A DNA stretch of 61,597 bases, filler included, from Basidiobolus ranarum (lineage: Eukaryota): NCBI GenBank assembly GCA_040143965.1. It is 17 parts of 17 records of this genome, joined end to end, with 100 filler letters (N's around TTAATTAATTAA, not from the genome) between each part and the next. Parts side by side here need not be neighbours in the genome. Positions count along the whole stretch, not along the records: positions 1 to 3,544 come from JASJQH010002423.1; positions 3,645 to 7,187 come from JASJQH010002424.1; positions 7,288 to 10,829 come from JASJQH010002425.1; positions 10,930 to 14,466 come from JASJQH010002426.1; 13 more parts are not named here. One strand, written 5' to 3'. The position numbers and the translations under genes were made by a program. Within the stretch, counting starts at the first letter, position 1; every line of letters starts with the position of its first letter. Shown piece by piece: positions 1-11,361 of the stretch. The notes below the pieces were generated by a model. That model worked only from the letters and a program-made list of their open reading frames with translations. It was not told where the DNA came from and did not search any database.

Positions 1-311
1 CTGAAACCATTGCTTGTTTTGGAAGAAATTACTAACCCAACTAAGATATTGGGTGCAATTTCACTTCAAATCAGATCAAACTACCATTCGTCTGAATCAA
101 GTCCATATTTGTCAGATGCCACAGGATAGGTTTCTCCTTAACAAATTTGTATGTTTTCCGTACAGGTCGAGTAGTATCAATATTCTCCTGGAGAATATAA
201 AAGCCTTCGGACTGGGCGGAATTTTTACTCAGTCATTGCACAATCTATTATTTTTTCAATCGCTATTTTTCTTCCTTCCGTTTACTCTCTCCATTGTCCA
301 AACTTTATCAA

Positions 312-1076
312 ATGGAGTTCTTCACCCAGACATTTTCAATTTTTCCTGCCAATCCTAATAGTCTCTCAGCTGAAGCTCTGCGACCCAAGAGAAGACAAGT
401 CAAAAATGCTTGTATTAATTGTCAGAAAGCGTGTAAAAAATGTGATGAGGGCCGCCCATGCCAGCGTTGTGTTAAATATGGATTAGGAGATACATGCCGC
501 GATTCAATGCGCAAAGAGCGCAGGAAGGGGGAACGTCGAGGCCCATATCTCAAGAAAGAATCAAAGCCTCGTTATACTACCCCTCACAATGAACCCCATT
601 TCTCTATCATATCGCCAAATACCGCCGTGTCCAAGGTTCAGGCATTGCCAAGGAATATCGAGCAACAACAAAGTCAGCAAAGTGAGATAATCAGAAGGTC
701 AACATCACCCGCTTCATCTGCTGGCTCCCTATCTGATCTTTTACGGACACCTCCACCAAGTCCTTATATTCACAACAATACCACTCATTCTGAAGATGGG
801 GCTCATATCAAAGCCAATCATGAAGAAACATATCAGAGATTCTCAACAAAGGCACCTATGTTGAACAACGAGCTGTTCAATTCTGATGTCAAAACCCTCG
901 ATTTCTACTCACCCACAACTGCACAGTTGCCATCGTTACCCGCTGTACAGACCGAAAGTTCCCAAGATTATACTCTGCAGGATTCCTGGATGGGATCGAA
1001 TCTTCGTTTACCTCCACTCACCAACCATGTGCCATTACCATCTATTCGTGAAGTACTTTCCTCGATCAATTGTTAA
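312..1076 (+). CDS. Zn(II)2Cys6 binuclear-cluster transcription factor, 254 aa, intronless
   Basis: Motif KRRQVKNACINCQKACKKCDEGRPCQRCVKYGLGDTC followed by basic RKERRKGERRGPY. First ATG at 312 (the ORF track starts at an upstream TTG). TATA-like TATAAAA near 196. S/P/Q-rich C-terminus. Confidence 0.9.
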   Translation: MEFFTQTFSIFPANPNSLSAEALRPKRRQVKNACINCQKACKKCDEGRPCQRCVKYGLGDTCRDSMRKERRKGERRGPYLKKESKPRYTTPHNEPHFSIISPNTAVSKVQALPRNIEQQQSQQSEIIRRSTSPASSAGSLSDLLRTPPPSPYIHNNTTHSEDGAHIKANHEETYQRFSTKAPMLNNELFNSDVKTLDFYSPTTAQLPSLPAVQTESSQDYTLQDSWMGSNLRLPPLTNHVPLPSIREVLSSINC

Positions 1077-2092
1077 ATTGGAATATCCAAAATTTGTGTA
1101 AATATTTTGTATTTCATCAACATCGTGTACATTCTTAGTCAACACTTCACCCGATATTCGCGAATTGGAATTTAATTTGGAATAGATTAGGTATCTTTAA
1201 ATTCATGAACCTGTAATAAACCATGTGCGAATAGCCACAGAACTACACACTTTCGAATCTTGATTTTTGAGACGTGTTTAAAGCACTATGCAGCATAGCC
1301 TATTTGCTTATTACTTCGCTAGTTATTGGACTGAGTACGCCTGCAACACATAGAATGTACCTTGCGCTGATGGGAACACATTCAGTTGGTTAAGGCGACT
1401 GACTGGGTGATCAGATAGATTGATGAGAGTTGCAAATCAGATATTGCGAGGTGAAATTAATGAACTAACAAATAAGAAGGTTACACGATGTCCACCCAAC
1501 CCTATACTTTCCACGCCAAACTTATTAAGTTTTTAATTGATTTAAGCTAACAAGTAGACATAAACTTGCTAAACTCTCGAGTTTGACCGAATTGGATAAG
1601 AGGAATTTGAGGAAAGATCTCATGTGTTCTTCACATGAAGAGCAGCCCATTCTTTAATAGAAAAAGATTGGAACTAGAAGAACATCAACATCTGGGGATA
1701 CATTAATCAACAGATCGATTCTATTTCTTTGGCAATTACGCTACATGATACAACATTTATCCATGGATTGATTTATGGTGACTATGGTTTGACCGAATTT
1801 TAGGGGGTATGATGATTACCAAACTTATACTATTTACGTGTGGGTCAGGTGCTCCATTGTTCCGCCCTAATATCATCCTCTAAAACCACGTTCTATATGC
1901 AGTCAGTAAATGGGGAATTGTGTGGTAGGTTATGTACAGGCGATGAAGATGTGTCTTTACTCATTCATGTCGATATTCTAAGGTAGTGGTACATTTTCCA
2001 CTGGGGAGTATCATAGACGCAGTCATCGACAATACCTAGTTGTTATAGTATTGTGCTACGGTCTTTGTATTAGTCTTATACTATGATATCAT

Positions 2093-2422
2093 TGTTGAAA
2101 TTAACATAGCCTAAACATCTATATAGTCATATATAGCTTAGTATTTAGTTATTCCATATTGAACAAAGATATCACGAACTATTCTCAAGAGGAATTTACT
2201 TAGAAGTTTGAAGATATATAGATTTTGAGAACGAGTCCTAGAAGCCTTAAACTTTGTACACATGTTCCTGGGACCTTTCTTAACCCACTCTACATGCTTT
2301 TCTGCTTGCCTCTTGACAAAACCACGAATGTCAACTTTGTCCTCAATGAATCAATAAGTGAAAACCACCAATTCTTCTAGCTCTCCAACCCACTTGCAAC
2401 AAACTCCCAAAATGCATCAACA
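2093..2422 (+). mobile_element. Solo LTR, copia family A (330 bp), with 5-bp target-site duplication
   Basis: Begins TGTTG and ends CAACA, flanked on both sides by ATCAT. Homologous to the LTR that follows the polypurine tract of the copia element at 46622. Confidence 0.9.
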
Positions 2423-3544
2423 ATCATTCCTCACTAAGATGTTGCACATCCAGAATTGAGGGCTAATCCCAATCAAACTCTGCTTGTCAACATACCTAAG
2501 TACATACACATGGAAGATGGAAATAGCACTCATAAATACTGTGAATGCTACTTATATCGTTCTCAGCCATAGTATATCTACAATATCCTATGGACATATA
2601 CATATCTAACTTGTATGATGTATACTGGCTATCTTAATACTCCACTATTGTACTCTTCAGTAGGTTGACATCAATCACTTACCCAATCACTTTGTTCAAA
2701 GTATGCCACGAGTTTCTTGAATCCTAATGACTTCAATAAGTTCATAGTATATTTAGATATGTATTAATTATTGAACTAGATGGTGAAGGAAGTGGGTATC
2801 GTTATTGGCGTATTCAATTAACTCCATTTATATAACATGCCTTAGCCCGTTGTCTCTACCACCACAATAATTTTGGAATCAGCAGATGATTGATTCAGTA
2901 GCATTGCTCGCACCTATCACTTGTGGGATCAAAACATTTCCGAAGGATCTCATATATCTTTTGGATAGTTTCCTACATCAGAAGATCCTCTTAATTCTCA
3001 ATAACTTGCTCTTTGTTTATAACCTTCGAACTCACCCAGATGTTACATCAATATCCCCTATCATATCATGCAGCCTTTCTACCATCAACCTCACCACTAG
3101 TAATAGCCAAGACTTTCAAGCATCTTCATTGGTTTCTATTCCCACTAACTGGCTATGAGGGTACTATGCCCATCTTAGGTAGCACATGACACACTGTTGA
3201 GTGCTTCCTACCTCTCCATAACCCCTCTCCAGTTGTATTCATGCATCACTGACAAATGATCTGTGTTTACCCATCTCACTTGAATCATATGATGTCTAGT
3301 AAAATTACTGACAAACATCTGGTTGGTATATGCACTAAAATAGGAGATACAATCTTGGCATGATTTGGCCAAGCAGGACCTGATCACCGCCAACAGATTA
3401 TCTTCATAGGATACCAAACAACAAGTATATTTGCAATTCCGATCAACTCAAACAAGGAACAGCAATCCAAGTTTAAAGATTTACAATGAATCTTTGGGAC
3501 GTGAATCCAAGGTATAAATGGGAATTATTATCAAAACCCTTCAC

Positions 3545-3644
3545 NNNNNNNNNNNNNNNNNNNNNNNNNNNNNNNNNNNNNNNNNNNNTTAATTAATTAA
3601 NNNNNNNNNNNNNNNNNNNNNNNNNNNNNNNNNNNNNNNNNNNN
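3545..3644. other. Artificial contig-joining spacer N44-TTAATTAATTAA-N44 (first of 16)
   Basis: Identical 100-bp spacers start at 3545, 7188, 10830, 14467, 18102, 21736, 25368, 28994, 32620, 36245, 39869, 43493, 47116, 50738, 54359 and 57980. The core has stop codons in all six frames. Contig lengths step down from 3544 to 3521 (the last piece, 3518, ends at the window edge). Confidence 0.97.
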
Positions 3645-4830
3645 CTTTTAGGATTAGGTATAAATACTGAACAATCGATTGAGTCAATGATGTTCTACTT
3701 AATACAATACTCTTTAACTTCTATAAATATTTTCTACATTTTATTCAAACATGCCTGTAAAGCATAGATGAAAATTGGGATGATTTGGAGAGATTGTGCA
3801 AAAATAGTGAAAATTATTCAAGTCCTCTAATTGATATGTGTACCATTCAGAAAAATAAGCACTCATTTTGAATGTCAGAACTTAGTGCTAAATAACCAGA
3901 ATATGAATAAGCTAACTACCAATACTGAGCTGCTATTTAATCAATTTGAACATGCTCACTGAATCAATCATTTTGCATTTCTCTCAAATTTCAACTCCTG
4001 ACTTAATATTTTAAACTATACTTTAGCTAAAGGTGTGGTTACAATTACAGCAAACATTTCTTCAGTAGAGTAATAGAAAATTTCAATTATGGCATTTTCT
4101 ATTGATTCTTTAACCAGATGATGCCTAATATATATGTGCTTTGTTCAAGCATGAAATATGGGGTTTTGAACTAATGAAATACAACTTAGATTCTCTTGAA
4201 CATAGTAATACTGGATTCTTGCATATTACATACGTTAGGAAATGACATCCTGGATCACATAGCATCTTTTGTAGTTGCAGGGGCAGCGAGCTATCCTGCT
4301 TCTATGGTGGAAAGGCAAAAGGTTAGTTGATTCCTGCTGATTCAACTGAGTATTGCATTTCCATAAACACTAGCCAGCACAGTGGTTAATCTTGTATCAT
4401 CAAGGTTGCATTCCCAAACTGTATGACTGTAACCTCCAAAAAACTGCACATCAGCAGTGCATGAGTATTATAGAAACAGTACCACAACTTCTCTCAAATA
4501 CTTAAATAATTGTTATGATGCTTTTTTGTGTTCTGATCCTGAATATCTCAGATTTTAAGCTGTGTGCTAATGGTTCCCACTACTACAACCATAACTGGAA
4601 ATGTTCCAAGTGTTTTTTAACTCAAAATACTCATAATTGACTGATCATGGAGCCCTTGACTTTTTTAAGCCATTTTGGCACAAATTTGCTGCTTTTTTGA
4701 TTTATATCTCCTTGGAATCAATTGATCTTGACACACACTTGCTATTCACAGTGTTGGGGTATTTTAGAATAGCTAAGATGTACCTGTACTGTTTCTGCAT
4801 TTTCTTTTGATTGGGTTTACCACTCTTGGT
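3645..4830 (-). mobile_element. Degenerate Ty1/copia RT-RNase H 3' end with LTR family B remnant
   Basis: Minus strand reads TKHIYIRHHLVKE and MFAVIVTTPL (RNase H end) with many stops. 3645-~3925 matches the LTR-B copies at 5622-5973 and 32844 onward. Confidence 0.75.
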
Positions 4831-5114
4831 TTTAACTCATACAAAGTTAAGCTTATGGCCAGATGAGGGAACCACAATTGATCCAATTTAGTTCAGCTTA
4901 GCCAATGCAGAAACAATTTCATTGAGAGCAAATCCAGGAGTATGGGATAACCTTTGCCTTTATTCTTGCTTTCTACCTTCCATTTCATCCATCAGCATGG
5001 TACATCACCTGGCACACACATTTGCAGTCTAAAGCATTGTCCTTGAGTTAAGAAAATGTGTTTGACCCAACTTTTGCCTACAATATTAATTTTGAACTTT
5101 CTGAAGCTAGATCC

Positions 5115-5621
5115 TCTTGAAATCAAGTAAATCACAACTCATTATTTAGTAGTTAGTTTTTTGTTATTCTGATTATGTAACACTCAATTCTGCCATTCAA
5201 AAATGTGGGGTTATTGCTTTAATTAATACTTTTACTAAATTTCACTATTTTCTCAAAACTTCTCCAAATCACCTTAAATTTTAACCCATGCTTAACAGGA
5301 ATGTTTGTTGTGATCAAAGCACATTGAATAGTCATATTTCATATTAAACTCTTTTTACATTGTATTCAATTCAATAAAACATATGTGCCTAATCCAAAAT
5401 CCAAATCATGTCCAAAACACTTTTATCAGGTTATGAACCCCAAGTTAGCTATTAAAGGAATGTCTACTAGTACTATTACTAACATTTTTGAATCCACAGA
5501 GAAGTTTGATGGTGAAAACTTTTACCTTTGGAAGTTTAAGATTCAACTGGTGCTAGAAAACAAGGACCTTTGGGGATTTGTTACAGGGGAAGAAATAGAG
5601 CCAAAGGGACCACCAGAAGCT
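5115..5621 (+). mobile_element. Copia family B 5' LTR (~5115-5428), primer-binding site (5429-5440) and start of gag (ATG 5460)
   Basis: LTR ends CACTTTTATCA, immediately followed by GGTTATGAACCC. Gag begins MSTSTITNIFESTEKFDGENFYLWKFKIQLVLENKDLW (typical copia gag N-terminus) and is interrupted by an opposite-strand element. Confidence 0.85.
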
Positions 5622-6841
5622 CAATACAAGTGTTTAGGGGATTTGGAAGTGTTTTGGACAAGATTTGAATTTGTGAATTAGACACTTATGTTTTAATGAA
5701 GTGACTATGTCCTATTTATAGTTTACTTTCTAATAGGACTATTGGATGTGCTTAGATCATAACACACATGCCTGTCAAGAATGATTGAAAATATGAGGTG
5801 ATTTGGAGAAGATTTGAGAAAATAGTCAAAATTGGTAGAAGTAATCTAGTTGATATATCCATTATATAGAGCAATAAACACAGGTTTTTTAATGAAAGAA
5901 TTGAGTGCTAAATAATCAGAATATGCATAAACTAACTACTAAATAATGAGTTGATATTTACCTAATATCAATGTTCCCACTGAACTTATTATTTTGTATT
6001 TCTCTCAAGCCTGACTTACATCTTAATAATTCAAATTGTGCTGTAGCTAAAGGTTTGGTTAAAATGTCAGCTATCATTCCTGCAGTAGGGCAATATACAA
6101 GTTCAATTATATCATTCTCTATTGCTTCTTTAACAAAGTGATGCCTAATATCTATATGCTTCATTCTAGCATGAAATATAGGGTTTTTAGTTAATCAAAT
6201 ATAACTTTGATTATCTGCAACTACATTAATAGCACATTTTTGCATATATCCTAAGTGTGTAAATAACTTCTTTAACCACATAGCTTCTTGTTTAGTAGCA
6301 GAGGCAGCCATATACTCTGCTTCTGTACTGGAGAGTGCTAGAGTTGGTTGCTTCTTACTATTCTAAATTATGGCTCCATTACCATAGAGAAAAGTGTACC
6401 CAGTTGTTGATCTTCTATCATCAAGGTTTCTTGCCCAGTCTGCATCACTGAAGCCTTCATAAAATTGTGCATCAGGAGTTGCAGAGTATTGCAGAACTAG
6501 ATCTACAGTTACTCTCAAATCCCTGAGGATTTGTTTTACTGCAGTTTTATGCCCAGGTCATGGATTTTTGAGATATTGGCTGACAGTTACCACTGCCACA
6601 GCAATGTCTGGACATGTTCTAACCATTGTATACACTAAACAAACCACCATGGACTGATAAGAGAACTTGTGGCTTTGATTTGAGTCCTTTTAGGCCAAAT
6701 TGGATGAAATTTTACATAATTTCACATTGGGATCCATATATGTTGATACAGACTTGCTAGTCTCCATGTTGAAGTGTTTTAGAATGTCTTGGATGTATCT
6801 AGACTGACTTAGCTTGATTTTCTGATGGGGTTTATCTCTCT
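5622..6841 (-). mobile_element. Copia family B 3' end (RT C-terminus, RNase H, PPT, 3' LTR 5622-5973) nested in the preceding gag
   Basis: Minus-strand KKQPTLALSSTEAEYMAAS and KHIDIRHHFVKE...MIADILTKPL. Purine-rich AGTGGGAA directly before the LTR. Confidence 0.85.
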
Positions 6842-6849
6842 TTGGAGAG

Positions 6850-7187
6850 CAAAAACTGACCCAAATGACCTGTAATCAGCTTGTTTCAGGCTTAATAAAA
6901 AATGACCCAGATGATATCAAATTGGCTTGTTTCTGGATTAGAAATTCAAAATATCAACAAATTGGATCTGTGTAAAGGTTGAATATATAAAAGCATCACA
7001 GACAGCTGTTTTCAAGCTCTGCAGTGAACAAATCCACTCAAAATTTTGCCCTGATTCATTCTTACCTTTGTGGTCCCATTAAAAGGGTCTCACTAGCTGG
7101 CAGCAGGTACTTTGTGACCTTTATTAATGACAAAACAAGATATACTTATGTACTCTGTCTCAAATTACAATCTGAAGCCTTAACTAC
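6850..7187 (+). mobile_element. Copia integrase N-terminal fragment
   Basis: LIHSYLCGP...GSRYFVTFINDKTRYTYV (decayed rve core start). Confidence 0.75.
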
Positions 7188-7902
7188 NNNNNNNNNNNNN
7201 NNNNNNNNNNNNNNNNNNNNNNNNNNNNNNNTTAATTAATTAANNNNNNNNNNNNNNNNNNNNNNNNNNNNNNNNNNNNNNNNNNNNTAAGTGATATTTG
7301 ACTAAGTAATGTTAACTAACTTATATGTGATATATGAAATAGTTAGGTGTATAAAGATAGAGATAATAAATATGATAAAGACAATAAACTTCAACATAAC
7401 CTTCCATGGAAGGCCTTGGTGGAAATACACTATGTGTGGGTTAACATGATTGGTTTGGTTTGATGAAATGTTCCAAAGAACATGACTTCCATGCAAGATA
7501 ACCTGGATGAGCTAATACAAGATTGCCAAGAAGGGATGGTGCAGCAGACATGATATCATAATCTAATAATAGAAGAGTTCTATTTGCATTGGATGAGTAT
7601 GCCAAGATCAGAATCACAACACATCTACTTGTGGCAGGGCATTGGTTGACTGCAAGTTGATGTTATTTTGTTTGAATTCTTCATGAAAAATTGCCAAAAT
7701 CCAAGAGCTTATTCTCTTTTTGTATGGTAACAAGATTCAGCAATTTGCCAAGTGTCAGTGCTATTCAAAATTTCAGATATTTAGCAACTTTACCACCATT
7801 AGTTTGCTGGTAAAGCATATTGATGTGGTTGAGTAGTGTCCAATCAGTCAAGTATGTTCATATGAAGACATTAAACAAAACAAGATTTTTATATTTTTTG
7901 GT

Positions 7903-8224
7903 TCTCATTAAGGCAGGAATACAAAGCCTAAAATATCTAAATACAGGCATTCATATTAATTCAAATTCCTATAGCAGCAAGCCCAGTAATTTGCTTCTAT
8001 AATGATTTTTTGAAAATTGTTGGATATTAAATAACATATGCCCAAAATGAGGATCAATATTTCACTATGTATGAATACTGTCAAAATACCGTTAAGAAGC
8101 TGCTGTTGCCCCATCAAAATCCCAGGAAGATTGCAAACCACCAACATTGTGATGATTCTCTGATGGATTTGCAATCTAGAAGGGCTGATCCAATCCAGAT
8201 CAAATTGCTTTATTTTTCTTAGGG
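7903..8224 (+). repeat. Inverted copy of the 3' part of the CACTA-like element at 9166-9493
   Basis: TCTCATTAAGGCAGGAATACAAAGCCTAAAATATC... aligns with the reverse complement of 9166-9493 over about 320 bp. Confidence 0.75.
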
Positions 8225-9160
8225 TGATATAGTAATCAGGGCTATTTTTGGTCCAATTTGATCTCCTGGCTTGAGATAAAGGTACTGTAGCTTCTGGCAT
8301 TGTACTGGGCACTTCATGAGGCAAATTATGGTTGAAGAGCTCACAGGAATGCTATTTTCTTCATTGTTTTGCTTTGAATCAATTTAAATAATTGGACCAG
8401 GAGAAAATGGATTTCCATCATCATCTGAGGGCATTTTGGGTGATATTTTTCATTTTCATTACACAAAACATTCCTGAACTTGACTAACTTTGATATCTAG
8501 GTATCATAGAGTCTGTAGGCCTTAGTCTGGGTACAACAACCCAAAAATATGCATTTCTTACTTTTTGGGTAAAATTTAGATCAATCTTTTGTCTTAATTT
8601 TGGCTTTATAAATGCATCCAAAGATTCTCAAATGTTTTACATCAGGTTTATTCAAAATCAAGCTTGATATGGTGTAAAGCTAGAAAGATTTCTAGTAAAA
8701 CTCCTATTCTTTAGATATACAGCAGTAGCAACATATTCTACCCAAAAGTTATGAGATCAAATTTTGTGCATTTATCATAGATCTTACCATTTCTGTTAGC
8801 CTTGTTAGCTCTTTCAGCAACTTCACTTTGTTGAGGTGAATAGGGGCAGTAGTCTCCTGATTAATTCCAAGACCTTTGCAAAAGTGCTTAAATAGTGTTG
8901 AAGTATATTCACCACCATTATCAGTGTGTATTTTCTTAATTTTAGTTCCAGTTGCAGCCTCCACAAGTGTTTTAAAGTCTCTAAAGATAGAGTGGGCTTG
9001 TTTTTCTCTTTCTATAAAGTGGATGCAAGTGTATCCTGTATAATAATCAATAAATGTGATTAAATATAATTTTTTGTCTAAAGATGAAATTAGCCTAGGT
9101 CTACACAAATCATAATGAATCAGATCCAATTTTTTGACAGATTTAATCAAATCAGAGCTC
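8225..9160 (-). mobile_element. Copia family A integrase fragment
   Basis: LDLIHYDLCRP...YLITFIDYYT...KIKKIHTDNGGEYTS, then MVRSMINAQNL. Very similar to 42723-43492 and 44500-45050. Confidence 0.85.
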
Positions 9161-9165
9161 TTGAG

Positions 9166-10829
9166 CCCTTACAAAAATAAAATCAATTTGATACAGATTA
9201 GATCCACACTTCTGAATTGCACAACCATCAGAAAACCATCACAATATTGGTGGCTTGCTTCCTGCCAGATATTTGATGGAGAAAGGGTGGCTTTTTGATG
9301 GTATTTTAATGGTATTCCTACATTGTAAAATACTGATCCGCATATTTGGCAAGCTTTGTTTAATTTCCAGCATTTTTTGCAAAAATCTAATTTTTGAATG
9401 GCAAATTACTGGGTTTACTGCTATAGCAATTTGAATCGATATGAGTGCCTTTATTCATATATTTTAGGCTTTGTATTCCAGCCATAATGAGAGTCAATTA
9501 CTATGTATCTCAATCAATCTCACTAAGAAGCCTGTCTTGCAGCTTTCCTCAAAAGACCATCAGATTATCACATAAACAAATAAGTCCAAATTGTAGAGAT
9601 AATTACTCCATGTCAATGGAATGAGTTTGTTACTGATATTGTGCTCAAACAATGCAAAAACCTATAAGCACATTGGAAAGAGCCCTTAATTGAAAGGTTA
9701 ATATACTCTGGAGTCTCCTCAACCCACTGCATTAATCCATCACTGATTTTGCTGATAAATTGTCAATCAGATTAGGTTATGGTACTACTGACAATTTCAC
9801 ACAAAGCATCTTTTCACTGCAGGTGCACTCCATTGGGAACTCCCACAATGTATGGCAAGGGCCTTTAATATCTAAGCATTGTGAAAGATATAGCAGGGAA
9901 TGTATTAAGTACAGTCATGGATTCAGTCTATCTTCTTTAAACCTTAAATAAAGTTTTTCCTATCAAATTACAAAATACTTGAACAGTTGCTGATTCTGCC
10001 TGAGATGTGCCAAAGTGAGTTGATGCCATAAGCATACATTAACAATACCAATAAATAACTCCCAAAGTTGCCAATACTGATGAGGCAGAAAGCTTTTCAG
10101 GATTCCACTTGAATATATAGAAATTCAATACTTCCAGTCTTTGCATTTGAATAATCACCTAGAAGAGTGGATATTGATGGGAGTCCTGGTACAATATGAT
10201 GGTATCTTGATGTTTTAAAGCATCTTCCCAATTGATTCAAACTTTGATCCTATCTTAAATGGCTCATTCATATTGAATTTTTCACTATATAGCTGAGTAA
10301 CTAGTATTGGAATGTTGTTGAATAGTGAGTGCATAAGGCCTAATGGGAAGTTCTGGCTCTGGTGGATCCCTTTAAGCAATATACTGAGGCTTATGACAAA
10401 TAACAAATTTGATGTTAGACCGACTATTTGGTGAATTGATATCAATGAGCATGTGGAACTCTGACTAGGCTCTTGACAGTAAAGGCATGGAGCTTAGCTT
10501 TGTATTTGGATGGTAGTAGTGTGTATGCCTGATTGAGTAAACTCCATTAATTTGACAAAATCTACAGCAACATAGTGTATTGTGCCTACCAAAACCTCCA
10601 AGTTTACTGATGGCAGGAGTGTCACCAATACATACAGTGATATTAGCTTTAAAAAATTATTCACCCATCTGAACCCCATCAGATAACCATTCTAATTCTG
10701 CAATCAAAGGCTCCAAGAAGCTATCTACAAGCACTGGTGATATAGGTCCAGATATGATGGATAGTATCAAAATATTATGACTCTTATACCATTCAGAAGG
10801 AGGAAGATTTAAACAAATTAAAATTATTG
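9166..10829 (-). mobile_element. Degenerate CACTA/EnSpm-type DNA transposase
   Basis: Minus-strand blocks IGDTPAISKLGGFGRHNTLCCCRFC, FPLGLMHSLFNN, AKDWKY*ISIYS..LPHQYWQLWELF and IHSLLYLSQCLDIKGPCHTLWEFPMECTC occur in the order I recall for the conserved CMC-EnSpm (Transposase_21-like) motifs. Multiple stops and frameshifts. Confidence 0.7.
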
Positions 10830-10929
10830 NNNNNNNNNNNNNNNNNNNNNNNNNNNNNNNNNNNNNNNNNNNNTTAATTAATTAANNNNNNNNNNNNNNN
10901 NNNNNNNNNNNNNNNNNNNNNNNNNNNNN

Positions 10930-11361
10930 GTCACCACCTTCACCATCACCACCACCATATTTACCACCTTCACCGCCGCCATGGCCTCCATAGTCACTAC
11001 CTTCGCCACCACCGCCGCTCTTGCCTCCATAGTCACCACCTTCACCGCCACCACTACCACCGTATTTACCACCTTCACCACCGCCATGACCTCCATAGTC
11101 ACCCCCTTCTCCTCCACCCTGACCTCCGTCGTCACCGCCGGCTCCACCGCCATGACCTCCATAAGAGGCAGTTTCGTATTTACCGTCACCACCACCATGT
11201 CCTCCATAGTCACCGCCGCCGCCACCACCACCATATGAGACACCCTTTCCTTCACCATTTCCGGCATAATCTTTGGTATCATATGATCTTTCCAATACGG
11301 AAGCGTTTGCCATAGCTAAAGTAGAGACAGCAAAGATAATATGGGCGGATGAGAACTTCAT
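10930..11361 (-). CDS. Secreted glycine-rich repeat protein (3'-truncated by contig end)
   Basis: Signal peptide MKFSSAHIIFAVSTLAMANA, then repeats of GGDYGGHGGGEGGKYGG. TATAAATA about 70 nt upstream (11430-11437). Confidence 0.85.

Noticed and set aside
14-358. 114-aa ORF upstream of the zinc-cluster gene
   Set aside because: Non-ATG start, covers the promoter and 5' UTR, and has no recognisable motif.
2430-3544. CpG-poor region with faint chromodomain-like words on the minus strand
   Set aside because: Probably TE-derived, but I could not read a convincing motif.
10878-11282. Val/Met-rich and Thr-rich ORFs overlapping the Gly-rich gene
   Set aside because: These are alternative-frame and antisense shadows of the GGN repeat. 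Only the Gly frame has a signal peptide and an upstream TATA box.
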